A stretch of DNA of 64,000 bases, from IMG/VR virus record IMGVR_UViG_3300031857_000010, positions 1 through 64,000 of that record. The stretch is one strand, 5' to 3'. Shown here one piece after another: positions 50,801 to 60,179 of the stretch. The notes under the pieces were generated by a model. It saw nothing but the letters and a program-made list of their open reading frames with translations, was not told the origin of the DNA and did no database searches. Within the stretch, counting starts at the first letter, position 1, and each line of letters starts with the position of its first letter. Both the position numbers and the translations under genes were made by a program.

Positions 50801-51582
50801 AATTTTGATTCTATATCTTCTATTGTATAGTTTAATAATTCTTTATATGTAAACAAACATTTATCACTTTTAAGATAATATTCATTGTTTTTTTCATATT
50901 CATTGAATCTGTCAAAATTTTCTGTTATATAATTATCATATCTTAAATTAAAGTGATGATACAAATCTTTTATAAAATCATTGACAAAAATCATTCTGCC
51001 AGAACCTATGAGTTGATGCTTTTCCGCTATTAAAGAAGTTTTTACAACTAATTTAGGATGTATTATATCTCTATAAAAATATGTGTTTCCTATTTGTGTT
51101 GGTTGTTTATTGATAATTGAATTAAATATTTTACCAAATAAAAAATTTTCATTTCTATAAATCGAGTTGAAATTAAATGGAAACATTATTAAAACATTTC
51201 TATAAATTTCATTATTTTTTAAAATATAGTCAGTGATTTTAAATTTAGATGATAGATAACTAGTATTAAAGAATTTTATTTCTTTTTTCAAGTCTACGGG
51301 TCCTGAATATTGGTTCCATAATTCACATGTTGAATAAATTATTACTTTATTTGCCCTATCTTTAAAAAAATCTATAATTTTTAAAGTTAAAAAAAAATTA
51401 ATGTCATCATATGTATTTTTATCTTCTAAAAACTTTCTTGATTCCCCAAAACATAAAAAAACTTTATCATAATTTTCATTTAAAGAATTGTAATTTATAT
51501 TTCTAGATGAAATAAAATCGAAGTTTTCTTTTGGAAAATAATGTGATAATTGTGAAGTATTGCCAATAACTAAATTTCTCAT
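50797..51582 (-). CDS. Atypical NAD-dependent epimerase/dehydratase (SDR-like)
   Basis: LVIGNTSQL, YSTCE, YLSSK, YRDIIH. Confidence 0.5.
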   Translation of the reverse strand: MRNLVIGNTSQLSHYFPKENFDFISSRNINYNSLNENYDKVFLCFGESRKFLEDKNTYDDINFFLTLKIIDFFKDRANKVIIYSTCELWNQYSGPVDLKKEIKFFNTSYLSSKFKITDYILKNNEIYRNVLIMFPFNFNSIYRNENFLFGKIFNSIINKQPTQIGNTYFYRDIIHPKLVVKTSLIAEKHQLIGSGRMIFVNDFIKDLYHHFNLRYDNYITENFDRFNEYEKNNEYYLKSDKCLFTYKELLNYTIEDIESKL

Positions 51583-51586
51583 ACTC

Positions 51587-52654
51587 TTATTTATTGGATA
51601 ATCTATTTAATAGATCTTTCCATTTATCTAAAATAAGATTTTTTCTTTTTAAATTAAACTCTTCCATTTTATTACTGATTGAATCAAGATCTGTATTTTT
51701 TATTTTATATTTTAAATCGTCAAATGAATCAAAATAAGTTATGTATGGCATCCATTCTTGATTATAAAAATCAGACAACTCGATCCATCTTCTAATATTT
51801 TCAGTATTATTATAGTCATTTGGATCATCATTTTTTTTGTTATTAAACAAAATGGATCCGGAAGGCAAATTGAATACTTGATTCCAAGTTAATTCAGATA
51901 AAACACCATTGTTTTTATGTTCTTTAAACAGCTCTAACATAAAATTTATGCTAGGTACAAATAATGGTATATTTGCAGTATAATGTTCAAATATTGACAT
52001 TATAGAACAGTTATATGGTATCAGAACTATTCCTTTAAAGTTTGCTAAATCTTGCCAATCATATTTGCCTAAAAGTTTTTTATTAAAAAATTCAGAACCC
52101 AAATTTATATCTAATTTGCTCGAATAGAGGAATTTTTTATTTATGGGATCGTATTTGCTTTTAGTGTATTCACAAATATTTGGTATATAATTACAATCTT
52201 TTTCGACAAAATATTCAAAATATTTTTTATCATATAAAGAATTAGATACTGGAAAAATAATATTTTTATCTATATTTTTTCTTAGAAAGTTATTAAACTT
52301 AATCCAATTGTTTTGATTATTGTGAAAAGGAACTTCATATCTTATTGGAATTTGTATTATGATAGGTTTTTCAAATTTTTCAAATAACATTGAAAAAGAT
52401 GGTGGATATGTCAATACAAAACCATCATATTCACTTAATTCTTCTTTGTAAGTATTATAAAAATCATCTGCTAATTTTTGATCCAAATTCCACCAATTAT
52501 TTGAGTTAATAACTTCTATTTGATCGGGGTTTTTACCGAAAATCCAGTTGTGTCCAGAAATTGATTTACTATCAATTGAGTGTCCTAAATCTTCAAATAT
52601 TTTTTTTAAATCTGCTATAACAGATATGTGGCAGTCTAAATTGAAAAATTTCAT
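51587..52654 (-). CDS. Hypothetical GT-B-like protein
   Basis: 355 aa. KGIVLIPYNCSIMSIFEHYTANIPLFVP resembles a GT-B C-terminal lobe. Confidence 0.45.
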   Translation of the reverse strand: MKFFNLDCHISVIADLKKIFEDLGHSIDSKSISGHNWIFGKNPDQIEVINSNNWWNLDQKLADDFYNTYKEELSEYDGFVLTYPPSFSMLFEKFEKPIIIQIPIRYEVPFHNNQNNWIKFNNFLRKNIDKNIIFPVSNSLYDKKYFEYFVEKDCNYIPNICEYTKSKYDPINKKFLYSSKLDINLGSEFFNKKLLGKYDWQDLANFKGIVLIPYNCSIMSIFEHYTANIPLFVPSINFMLELFKEHKNNGVLSELTWNQVFNLPSGSILFNNKKNDDPNDYNNTENIRRWIELSDFYNQEWMPYITYFDSFDDLKYKIKNTDLDSISNKMEEFNLKRKNLILDKWKDLLNRLSNK

Positions 52655-53340
52655 AATTGATTTGTTTGTTTTAAATAATTCTTTAGCAATTCAGTGTGTT
52701 CGGGTACATTGTTGTTTTTTTCATCAAATACTTCTCCAACAAATTCTAATTCTTTCCTTGGTGTAGGAAAAGGAAGATTGCATGGAAAATTAAATATTTC
52801 ATCGTGACATATATGACTTTTAAAATATTTTCTATATAAATCAGTCAAAAAAATTTGATCATCCATGTACTTGAAATCTGGTTTTATTTCTAAGAATTTA
52901 ATTATTGCATCCTTCATATTAAAATCAAATGAGTTCAATAATCCCCATGTTCCTCCTAAAATTTGAATTCCATGACTTGGATGATCTCTCATTATATGTA
53001 ATTTTTTATCTGTTTCTATCCATTCGTCTACAGCATATTTTTCTCTGAAGTTTAGTCTTGAATCAGTGTCTCTAACAATAAATCTTTCAACACTTTTATC
53101 ATCATATACTAGAAATCTCCAAAACATTCCATGATTGTCCATTCCTGAATTTGTCATATCTACAAGTTCAATCTTTAAATCTCTTAACTCGTCAATATAT
53201 TTTTCTGGAACTGAATTGTCATAATATATTCGACAGATCCAATCTGGATATATAAGTGGTTGCAATTTGACATTTTCGATTGCCCCAATACAATATTTCG
53301 GATTTTCTCCGTACAAACTGAAACTTATAATTTTTTTCAT
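52651..53340 (-). CDS. Nucleotide-diphospho-sugar transferase-like protein
   Basis: ISFSLYG, MFWRF, VRDTDSR, HIMRDHP, ILGGTWG, DQIFL. Start placed at MKKII (53340). Confidence 0.55.
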   Translation of the reverse strand: MKKIISFSLYGENPKYCIGAIENVKLQPLIYPDWICRIYYDNSVPEKYIDELRDLKIELVDMTNSGMDNHGMFWRFLVYDDKSVERFIVRDTDSRLNFREKYAVDEWIETDKKLHIMRDHPSHGIQILGGTWGLLNSFDFNMKDAIIKFLEIKPDFKYMDDQIFLTDLYRKYFKSHICHDEIFNFPCNLPFPTPRKELEFVGEVFDEKNNNVPEHTELLKNYLKQTNQL

Positions 53341-53341
53341 T

Positions 53342-54172
53342 TTACCAATAGCAGCCACCCTCTACCATTTTAAATTTTTCTGGAATTTCTATATCAAAAG
53401 GTCTTCTCCAATGTTCATTATAGAATTTATTGATATTTTTATTTTCGTCCCATCTTTTTCCTTTTATTCCAAATAATATTTGAGTCGCACCACCAACATA
53501 AATTCCAGATTTTTTCATTTCATTTTTTATGAAATTTAATAATGGTAGCCCATATGAACCACAACCAAGTAAGGCTATATCGAAATTTAATTCTGAAATT
53601 TCTTTCTTCATTATTTCGAGAGATTCTTTCCAGCTTGAATGAGGCCCTTCAGCACCAACAGATTGTACTGAAGTATAATTTATAAGATTAAATTTAGGTA
53701 ACATTTTTCCATCTGGCCAAATTTTTTCTCTTTTTTTATATTGATATCTTATTGATTGACTAAATGGATTTATAATTAATACATTCTTACCTTCTAGTTC
53801 TTGACTCCATGGATCATCAAAGTAATAAGGCTCAACTATTTTGAATCCTACTTTTGTTGAATTAGGAGAAAGTTTTTCGAATATTTTATGTTGTATATTA
53901 TCTATCATACTTCCATTCCATACCACTTGTAGATCTCCACAAGCTATTCCCTTTGAGTATTCTTCGAAAAAATCTTCTATTTTACCCCCATAAAATCCTG
54001 CTTGAATTGAAAGATAATATAATTGTTCATCTGTCACTTTTAAACCAGATAAAATTTGATTAGTCACAATTGTTTCAAAACCTGTTGCTATTCTCGAAAC
54101 TGCAAAAAGTTTATTGTTCTTAATATTTTGTTTAATTATTTCGTTCCCTTCTATTTCAGTTATCATGATCAA
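53342..54172 (-). CDS. GT-D/DUF1792-like protein
   Basis: KNVLIINPF, FDIALLGCGSYGLPL, IYVGG. Confidence 0.5.
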   Translation of the reverse strand: MIMITEIEGNEIIKQNIKNNKLFAVSRIATGFETIVTNQILSGLKVTDEQLYYLSIQAGFYGGKIEDFFEEYSKGIACGDLQVVWNGSMIDNIQHKIFEKLSPNSTKVGFKIVEPYYFDDPWSQELEGKNVLIINPFSQSIRYQYKKREKIWPDGKMLPKFNLINYTSVQSVGAEGPHSSWKESLEIMKKEISELNFDIALLGCGSYGLPLLNFIKNEMKKSGIYVGGATQILFGIKGKRWDENKNINKFYNEHWRRPFDIEIPEKFKMVEGGCYW

Positions 54173-54792
54173 ATTATTTTTTTATTAATACAAAAGCATT
54201 GATATGGTTTTTGACTATCGTAACTTACTTTTTTCATATTTTCTAAATCAATACAAGTTAATTCATATTTTTTTATAATTAAATCTTTTATAATGTCCCA
54301 ATCTTGTTGTAAATGACATTCAACCAAGATATATTTTGTTTTATAGATTATTTTTTCTAATCCCTCAAGAACAAATTTTTCTGCTCCTTCAACATCAATT
54401 TTAATTAGTTTAATAGATTCTTCATTCGAAAAAAAAGTATCGAGCCTTATTGATTCAACTTTTCCAGCTATTGGGTTTTCTACAAAATTCATGTCATGTC
54501 CAATTATATTATTTGTCCACGCATCTTTGCCTTTATAATAATTTATGATAGAATTTTCATTAGACACTGCTTTATTGTGTATGATTACATTTTGATTATT
54601 TTCAAATCTATTCAATAAAACTTTTGTTGTATCAGGGTCTAATTCAAAAGAATAAATTTTTCCTGTATTTTCTAGATTTTTCAAAAAAAATTCAGTGTAA
54701 TCTCCATAATTAGCACCTACATCAATTATAATATCACCTTTTTCGATGAATGATTTTAGAAATTCAAAATTTCTTATGTCGTTGTGGTCCAT
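54169..54792 (-). CDS. FkbM-family methyltransferase
   Basis: IDVGANYG, YSFE, AVS, IKIDVEGAE. Confidence 0.88.
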   Translation of the reverse strand: MDHNDIRNFEFLKSFIEKGDIIIDVGANYGDYTEFFLKNLENTGKIYSFELDPDTTKVLLNRFENNQNVIIHNKAVSNENSIINYYKGKDAWTNNIIGHDMNFVENPIAGKVESIRLDTFFSNEESIKLIKIDVEGAEKFVLEGLEKIIYKTKYILVECHLQQDWDIIKDLIIKKYELTCIDLENMKKVSYDSQKPYQCFCINKKII

Positions 54793-55454
54793 TGTATAAA
54801 AAAATTTTCTTTTTTTCTTTTTTCGTAATTTAATTTATCAATATTGTTAAATGAATCATTTTTAATTTGTAGTGGATCCCATATTTCGCCTAACCAAACT
54901 GGATGTTCGTGCTTAATAATAACATGAGGTATATATTTTACTTTTTTCAGAATTTTGGATATATCTGTAAATTCAGTATCACACCAAAGAGATATATAGG
55001 TTGGGTTGTAGATGTAATTAAATCTTTTATAATATTTTTTCCCTAAAATACAAAGTGTATTAAGATTGTTTCCTTGATATCCGTCATTGAACCAAAGAAC
55101 ACCGTCAGTATCTGGAAAAAACTTGTTAAAGCTTTGTCTAATTATTGTATCATATCCTTTTTCTTGAGGTATCATATCATCTGAAGCTAGTAGAATAATG
55201 TCATAATCCTCATCATTCATATCAGCATTAATAGCTTCAACTTTATTTTTGTTATTCCCAAAGAAAAATTCTAAATTTTTATACTCTTTAAATTTATTAA
55301 TAACATTGTCACAATTCATGGATAAATCATCAGAATCACAACTTATTATGAAACGGGTTTTTGACAATTCATCTAGCAATTCATAATATTTATCTAAAAC
55401 TGAAAAAAACTTATCCGGTCTTGATCTTGTTGGAAATTTAATTAATAAATTCAT
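54774..55454 (-). CDS. GT-A glycosyltransferase
   Basis: FPTRSRP, AINAD, LASDDM, WCDTEF, HEHP. Confidence 0.65.
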   Translation of the reverse strand: MNLLIKFPTRSRPDKFFSVLDKYYELLDELSKTRFIISCDSDDLSMNCDNVINKFKEYKNLEFFFGNNKNKVEAINADMNDEDYDIILLASDDMIPQEKGYDTIIRQSFNKFFPDTDGVLWFNDGYQGNNLNTLCILGKKYYKRFNYIYNPTYISLWCDTEFTDISKILKKVKYIPHVIIKHEHPVWLGEIWDPLQIKNDSFNNIDKLNYEKRKKENFFIQWTTTT

Positions 55455-56142
55455 TAGTTATTTTTGATTCTATAATAAATTTAGTTCTGTCTATTTTTAG
55501 ACTATTATAATCAAAATTAATAATTTCTTCCTTATTTTCAAAAATAACTTCTATTATTTTATTTTTATTGAAACATGACATGATATTTTTAGGATAATTA
55601 TCAAAGATTTGTAAGTTATTCTCCAGTTCTAGTGGGTTTTCAAAATTTATATTTTTTATAAATTTTAATAATTCTTTGCCTCTATATACTGTTCCGTCTA
55701 AATTTAATGGATAACCAAAATCCATATAGTGAACCGACCAATCCCAGTATAATAAATTGTTTTTTTCTTCTATAGGTTTAAAAATATTGTCACAATTCAT
55801 ATTTGAACAAAAAGTAATATTTTTCCCTAAGGATAAACTAAAACAAAAAACTTCATCATTTTTTAGACAATTATCAATTTCCTCTATACGAAATTCATCG
55901 TAACATAGTTTATTTTCATCAAGGATCATATAATTGATACTTGTATTTTCATTAATTTCTGAAATTAAATCATTCTTTAAATTATTGGTTTTTATTATTT
56001 TACATCCCAATATTTCAGTATATAATTTATTGTTTTGATCAAAAATTACAATTTGATTATCACCAATCGCTTTTTGATTTAAACTTTTAATTAGAATGTT
56101 TAAATTCTCTTTATTTTTATTAAAAAAAATTATAGTTTTCAT
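55438..56142 (-). CDS. Hypothetical GT-A-like protein
   Basis: MILDE, FSLSLG, DFGYPLNLDG, NPLELE. Confidence 0.45.
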   Translation of the reverse strand: MKTIIFFNKNKENLNILIKSLNQKAIGDNQIVIFDQNNKLYTEILGCKIIKTNNLKNDLISEINENTSINYMILDENKLCYDEFRIEEIDNCLKNDEVFCFSLSLGKNITFCSNMNCDNIFKPIEEKNNLLYWDWSVHYMDFGYPLNLDGTVYRGKELLKFIKNINFENPLELENNLQIFDNYPKNIMSCFNKNKIIEVIFENKEEIINFDYNSLKIDRTKFIIESKITNEFIN

Positions 56143-56969
56143 GCTTTTAATTGTTTTTTATTTTGAATTATTTCTAAAGTATCATAATAAAGATCGGAAT
56201 TAATTTTTTCCGAATTTAAAGGATTGTCAATATTATAAAAATACATTACATCGCTTATGTGAAATGTTTTTTCAAATCCTGCCAAATCAGCCAAAGGATA
56301 AAATAATGCATAGTTAGAACAGGTTGAAAACCATTCACCTTTATCATCAGTAAAATATTCGAATTTCGGGTCTAATTGACAAAATTTATCATAAAGTGAT
56401 TTTCTAAAAGTAATTGGATGGGAAAATTTAGGTGTTATTCTTCTTAATATAGGAAATTCTTTTTCTTGATAAGTGGTAGAATAGCATTTTTTACCATCTG
56501 TCAATTTAGAAGATCCATAAGTCATCAAACAATCTTTTTCATTATAGATTTCATTTATTTTTTTTAGAACGTTTTTATTTGATAACCAGTCGTCACCATA
56601 TAAAATAAAAATAATATCATCAGGATCCGTCGAAGCATTTATAATAGCATTGTGAATATTCGGTAGAGCAGTAAGTCTTCTACTTGATTTCCAAGCATTT
56701 ACCTTTAAACATTTGGTTATTTCTAGTATGGGATGAATTTCGGTGATTATTAATTCTCCTTTTTCATCCCTGACAGGTTCATTTTTATCATCTGTCTGGT
56801 AAATACAAGCAGGTATTTTATTATAGCTATCGTCATTTGAAAAATCGTCTATAAATAAAACTTCATAATTATCATAATCTTGAGTCAGTACTGAATTAAC
56901 ACACATGTCAAAATAATCTCCGGGATTATGCAAGGGAATGATGACCTTAATTTTGTTATTTTTTATCAT
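56139..56969 (-). CDS. GT2 glycosyltransferase
   Basis: VIIPLHNP, SVLTQDY, FIDDFSND, LYGDDWL. Confidence 0.8.
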   Translation of the reverse strand: MIKNNKIKVIIPLHNPGDYFDMCVNSVLTQDYDNYEVLFIDDFSNDDSYNKIPACIYQTDDKNEPVRDEKGELIITEIHPILEITKCLKVNAWKSSRRLTALPNIHNAIINASTDPDDIIFILYGDDWLSNKNVLKKINEIYNEKDCLMTYGSSKLTDGKKCYSTTYQEKEFPILRRITPKFSHPITFRKSLYDKFCQLDPKFEYFTDDKGEWFSTCSNYALFYPLADLAGFEKTFHISDVMYFYNIDNPLNSEKINSDLYYDTLEIIQNKKQLKA

Positions 56970-57027
56970 GCATTAAAATTATAAGCAAACTTTTTAATTG
57001 AAATAATTGATTTTAAAAAAATTGTAA

Positions 57028-57035
57028 TATTTATA
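57028..57035 (+). promoter_or_regulatory. Candidate late promoter TATTTATA
   Basis: 14 nt upstream of the ATG at 57050. Confidence 0.55.
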
Positions 57036-57049
57036 AGAAAATATTTAAC

Positions 57050-57403
57050 ATGAAGACAAATAAAATTACAAAAGATTTTATTTTAGAATCAATTGAAAAA
57101 CAAGCTAAAATATACGCTAGAAAAGCTGAGCTTTATGATCTTATAAAAGAAGTTAATGAAGAATTAAAAAGTTTAAATGAAAATTCTCCAGTTGCATCTT
57201 TTGGTTTTATAGCATCTAATGATGCTTTTGGAAGAAGTAAAACTGGTTTTGCCTCTACTCCTAATATTTCTTATATAGCTCAACTTGAACAAGAAATGAA
57301 TTCTAATAATATAAATGAAGAAAATCTAATGGAAATAGATGAGTTGAAAAAAGAAAACGAAACTCTAAAAAAAGAAATCGAAGATTTAAAGAAGAAAAAA
57401 TAA
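57050..57403 (+). CDS. Hypothetical coiled-coil protein, possibly head-associated
   Basis: 117 aa, Glu/Lys-rich. Confidence 0.6.
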   Translation: MKTNKITKDFILESIEKQAKIYARKAELYDLIKEVNEELKSLNENSPVASFGFIASNDAFGRSKTGFASTPNISYIAQLEQEMNSNNINEENLMEIDELKKENETLKKEIEDLKKKK

Positions 57404-57456
57404 TTTTTTCACATATTTAATATTATATACACAAATTAATAAAAAATTCAAATAAA

Positions 57457-58101
57457 ATGAAAATCACAAAATCACAGCTTGTGCAAATTATAAAAGAAGA
57501 AGCAGATTCTTTCAAAAAAGAATTAAAACTTAAAAAAGAATTAGCTGAAATTGAAAAGCAATTGAACGAAGTTCATGCAAATGGAGAAATGAGTTCTACT
57601 GAAGATGATGGAGTTCATTCTGGTCAGAGAAAACCAGTATTCAAGAAAAAGGGAAGTCATTTGATTGAAGTAGAAGATGAAGGTAATGATCAAGAAGCTT
57701 TGTTAAATGCTTTAAAAACAATTGCATCTGCTTGTGGTTTGACTGGTACTATTGAGTTAGATTCTGAAGAAGAAGTTGAAATGGGTGATGAAGAAGATGT
57801 TGATGTTGATGTAGTTGAGCCAGAAACTTCTGATGAAGAAGGTGAAGAGGATGAAGAAGGTGAAGAAGAGAAAGAAGATGAACAAGAAGAAGGTGAAATA
57901 GAAGAAGTAGATATGGAAGAAGAATCTATGGAAGAAGGTGAAATGGAAGAAGAAGGCGTTAAAGAAGAAGGTGAAATGGAAGAGGAAGGTGTTAAAGAAG
58001 AAGGTGAAATGGAAGAAGAAGGTACCAAAGAAGAAAATAAAATCATGAACGAATCTTTCGAAAGAAAGAGAATGATGGAATTGGCAGGTATCAAGAAGTA
58101 A
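57457..58101 (+). CDS. Highly acidic protein, possibly a scaffold or internal head protein
   Basis: MKITKSQLVQIIKEE N-terminus, poly-Glu tract, C-terminal NESFERKRMMELAGIKK. Confidence 0.6.
   Translation: MKITKSQLVQIIKEEADSFKKELKLKKELAEIEKQLNEVHANGEMSSTEDDGVHSGQRKPVFKKKGSHLIEVEDEGNDQEALLNALKTIASACGLTGTIELDSEEEVEMGDEEDVDVDVVEPETSDEEGEEDEEGEEEKEDEQEEGEIEEVDMEEESMEEGEMEEEGVKEEGEMEEEGVKEEGEMEEEGTKEENKIMNESFERKRMMELAGIKK
57931..58029 (+). repeat. 33-bp tandem repeat x3 encoding EEGEMEEEG(V/T)K
   Basis: Units start at 57931, 57964 and 57997. Confidence 0.9.
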
Positions 58102-58137
58102 ATTACCACTACCAAATCAATATATATAATTTGAATT

Positions 58138-58166
58138 AGCCCGAAGAAATTCGGGCTTTTTCTTTT
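58138..58166 (+). terminator. Intrinsic terminator
   Basis: AGCCCGAA-GAAA-TTCGGGCT followed by TTTTCTTTT. Confidence 0.85.
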
Positions 58167-58183
58167 AATAATTTTTTATAAAT

Positions 58184-58211
58184 AAAAAAACCCGAAAAAA
58201 ATTCGGGTTTT
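58184..58211 (-). terminator. Intrinsic terminator for the converging minus-strand genes
   Basis: AAAACCCGAA-N5-TTCGGGTTTT followed by a T-tract on the minus strand. Confidence 0.8.
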
Positions 58212-58232
58212 GAAATATTTTATATAATTCAA

Positions 58233-58445
58233 TTAAAGAATTATATTATTATTTTTTTGATACATTTCAAATGTAGATCCACAACAATTGCAATTATATA
58301 CTTTTACTTTTTTAACTTTTGGTTGTTGATGTGATGACTCATTTAATAGTTGATGTGAGTTTTCCACTATTGTTTTAATAGACTCTGTAAAAATTGGATT
58401 TGAGCAACCATTGGGACAATTAACTCTGTTTAGTAATTCTGACAT
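58233..58445 (-). CDS. Small Cys-rich zinc-ribbon-like protein
   Basis: CPNGC...CNCC, 70 aa. Confidence 0.6.
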   Translation of the reverse strand: MSELLNRVNCPNGCSNPIFTESIKTIVENSHQLLNESSHQQPKVKKVKVYNCNCCGSTFEMYQKNNNIIL

Positions 58446-58458
58446 TTTACTTTTTTTA

Positions 58459-58466
58459 TATAAATA
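58459..58466 (-). promoter_or_regulatory. Candidate late promoter TATTTATA
   Basis: 13 nt upstream of the ATG at 58445. Confidence 0.5.
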
Positions 58467-58474
58467 GATTAAAA

Positions 58475-59182
58475 TTATTTATATTTATCTAAAATTTTTG
58501 AGATAACTTTATTTCTAACTATGTCGTTCTCAGAAAATCTAAACACCCCTATTTCTTCTAAATCAGATAATCTCGTCAGAGCATCATATAATCCAGTTTC
58601 TTTTGTGTCTTTGTATCTATCAGACTGTTCAAGATCTCCACTTATTATAAACTTTGAATTATATCCTATTCTTGTTAGTAAAGTTTTTACTTGTCTTGGT
58701 GTTGCGTTTTGAAATTCTTCAGCAATTACTATGGCATTGTCTATATTTATACCTCTCATAAAAGCAAGCGGTATAACTTTTATATATTCTCTTTCGATTA
58801 AACTTTGTACTCTATTTTTTCCTAATGCTTTTTCAAATAGATAAATTGAAGAATAAATATACGGTTCCATTTTTTCCTCTAATGAACCTTTTAAATATCC
58901 AAGTTTTTCATCAGCTTCAACTGCTGGTGTACATAGAATAATCTGATAAAAATCTGTATTTGGATTTTTTAAAAGCTCTAATGCTTTGAGAATAGATATC
59001 ATCGATTTTCCGACACCCGCTGGTCCAGAACAAATAATTATTTCCTTATTATCTATGAGTTCTAAAAATTCTTTTTGACTATTATTTTTTGGTTGGAAAT
59101 ATAAATCTCCTATTAAAATTTCTAAATCTTTTTTGGTTTCATTTTGGTAACCACTGATTCTAGTCTTTTTCTTAGATGCCAT
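58475..59182 (-). CDS. phoH: PhoH-family ATPase
   Basis: SGPAGVGKS, EKLGYLKG, PLAFMRG, EEFQN (EE where DE is usual), LLTRIG, GDLEQSD. Confidence 0.92.
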   Translation of the reverse strand: MASKKKTRISGYQNETKKDLEILIGDLYFQPKNNSQKEFLELIDNKEIIICSGPAGVGKSMISILKALELLKNPNTDFYQIILCTPAVEADEKLGYLKGSLEEKMEPYIYSSIYLFEKALGKNRVQSLIEREYIKVIPLAFMRGINIDNAIVIAEEFQNATPRQVKTLLTRIGYNSKFIISGDLEQSDRYKDTKETGLYDALTRLSDLEEIGVFRFSENDIVRNKVISKILDKYK

Positions 59183-59197
59183 ATAAAATCATTTATT

Positions 59198-59205
59198 TAT
59201 AAATA
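59198..59205 (-). promoter_or_regulatory. Candidate late promoter TATTTATA
   Basis: 15 nt upstream of the phoH ATG. Confidence 0.5.
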
Positions 59206-59276
59206 TATTATAATTATTATTATATGTAATCAATTGATAAAATTAATTTTTTAAAAGATTAATAATTTTAGTTGAC

Positions 59277-59284
59277 TATTTATT
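59277..59284 (+). promoter_or_regulatory. Candidate late promoter TATTTATT
   Basis: 16 nt upstream of the ATG at 59301. Confidence 0.5.
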
Positions 59285-59300
59285 ATAATAAATTAGGATC

Positions 59301-60179
59301 ATGAAAAAAAGAATTTCTATTGAAGAAATTGAGGATATAATTAAAGAAAAACTAAAACAAAATGGTGTTTTAGAGGTAATTAGTCAAGAAAAAATTTCTG
59401 AAATAAAAAATAAAATTAAAGATATTTTGGAAGCTGGTAAAAAACTTGATGAACAAGAATTAGATGTAAAACCTGTTCAAACTGTTAATCCTAATATTAC
59501 TGTGAAAACTACAGAAGATCCTGAAAAAACAGATATTATAAAGAAAGAGACTGAGCTTGATATAAAAGAAAAAGAATTAATTAATAAAGAAATAGAATTA
59601 GAAGATAAAGAAAAAAAACTAGAAGATAAACAAGAGGAATTGAGCTATAAGCCAGAAATTCCTGAAGTTTTAAGAAATATAAAACCCGGTGAAATTATTG
59701 TTTTTGATACTAATGAATTGAGTTTGGGGTTTGAAAATTTATCTAACAGGAAATTCAGATTAAAATCAGATCCTGATGACAAGAAATCAATTAAAGATTT
59801 ATGGTTGTTAAGTGCAATTACTAAAACAGACGTTTATAAAATAGAGTTAAAGAAAATTGGAGAACTGGATTTTAACCCATATGAAGGGACTACTGAATTT
59901 AAAAATATCACACAGTTTGATATAGAATCTACTAATGAAAGTAATGAATCTGATCATAATGTGCAATCAGCTGTGAAAAGTCAATTTCCTAATGAGGAAC
60001 AAGAGATGTTAGATTCTGTAGAGCCGATTAAAAATGTTACTCAACCATTAATGAATGTAAATGATTTAGAGAAAGAAAAATTTGAGAATAATTTTAAAGA
60101 TGTGATTACTAAAATAGTCAGTGATCAACTTAATAAAATTAGTTCAGAGACCACTAAAAAAAATATTTTCAGTTTATGA
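59301..60179 (+). CDS. Hypothetical acidic coiled-coil protein, possibly head-associated
   Basis: 292 aa, MKKRISIEEIEDIIKE N-terminus. Confidence 0.6.
   Translation: MKKRISIEEIEDIIKEKLKQNGVLEVISQEKISEIKNKIKDILEAGKKLDEQELDVKPVQTVNPNITVKTTEDPEKTDIIKKETELDIKEKELINKEIELEDKEKKLEDKQEELSYKPEIPEVLRNIKPGEIIVFDTNELSLGFENLSNRKFRLKSDPDDKKSIKDLWLLSAITKTDVYKIELKKIGELDFNPYEGTTEFKNITQFDIESTNESNESDHNVQSAVKSQFPNEEQEMLDSVEPIKNVTQPLMNVNDLEKEKFENNFKDVITKIVSDQLNKISSETTKKNIFSL

Noticed and set aside
57690-58115. 141-aa Ser-rich minus-strand ORF
   Set aside because: Antisense shadow of the Glu-rich repeat in 57457..58101.
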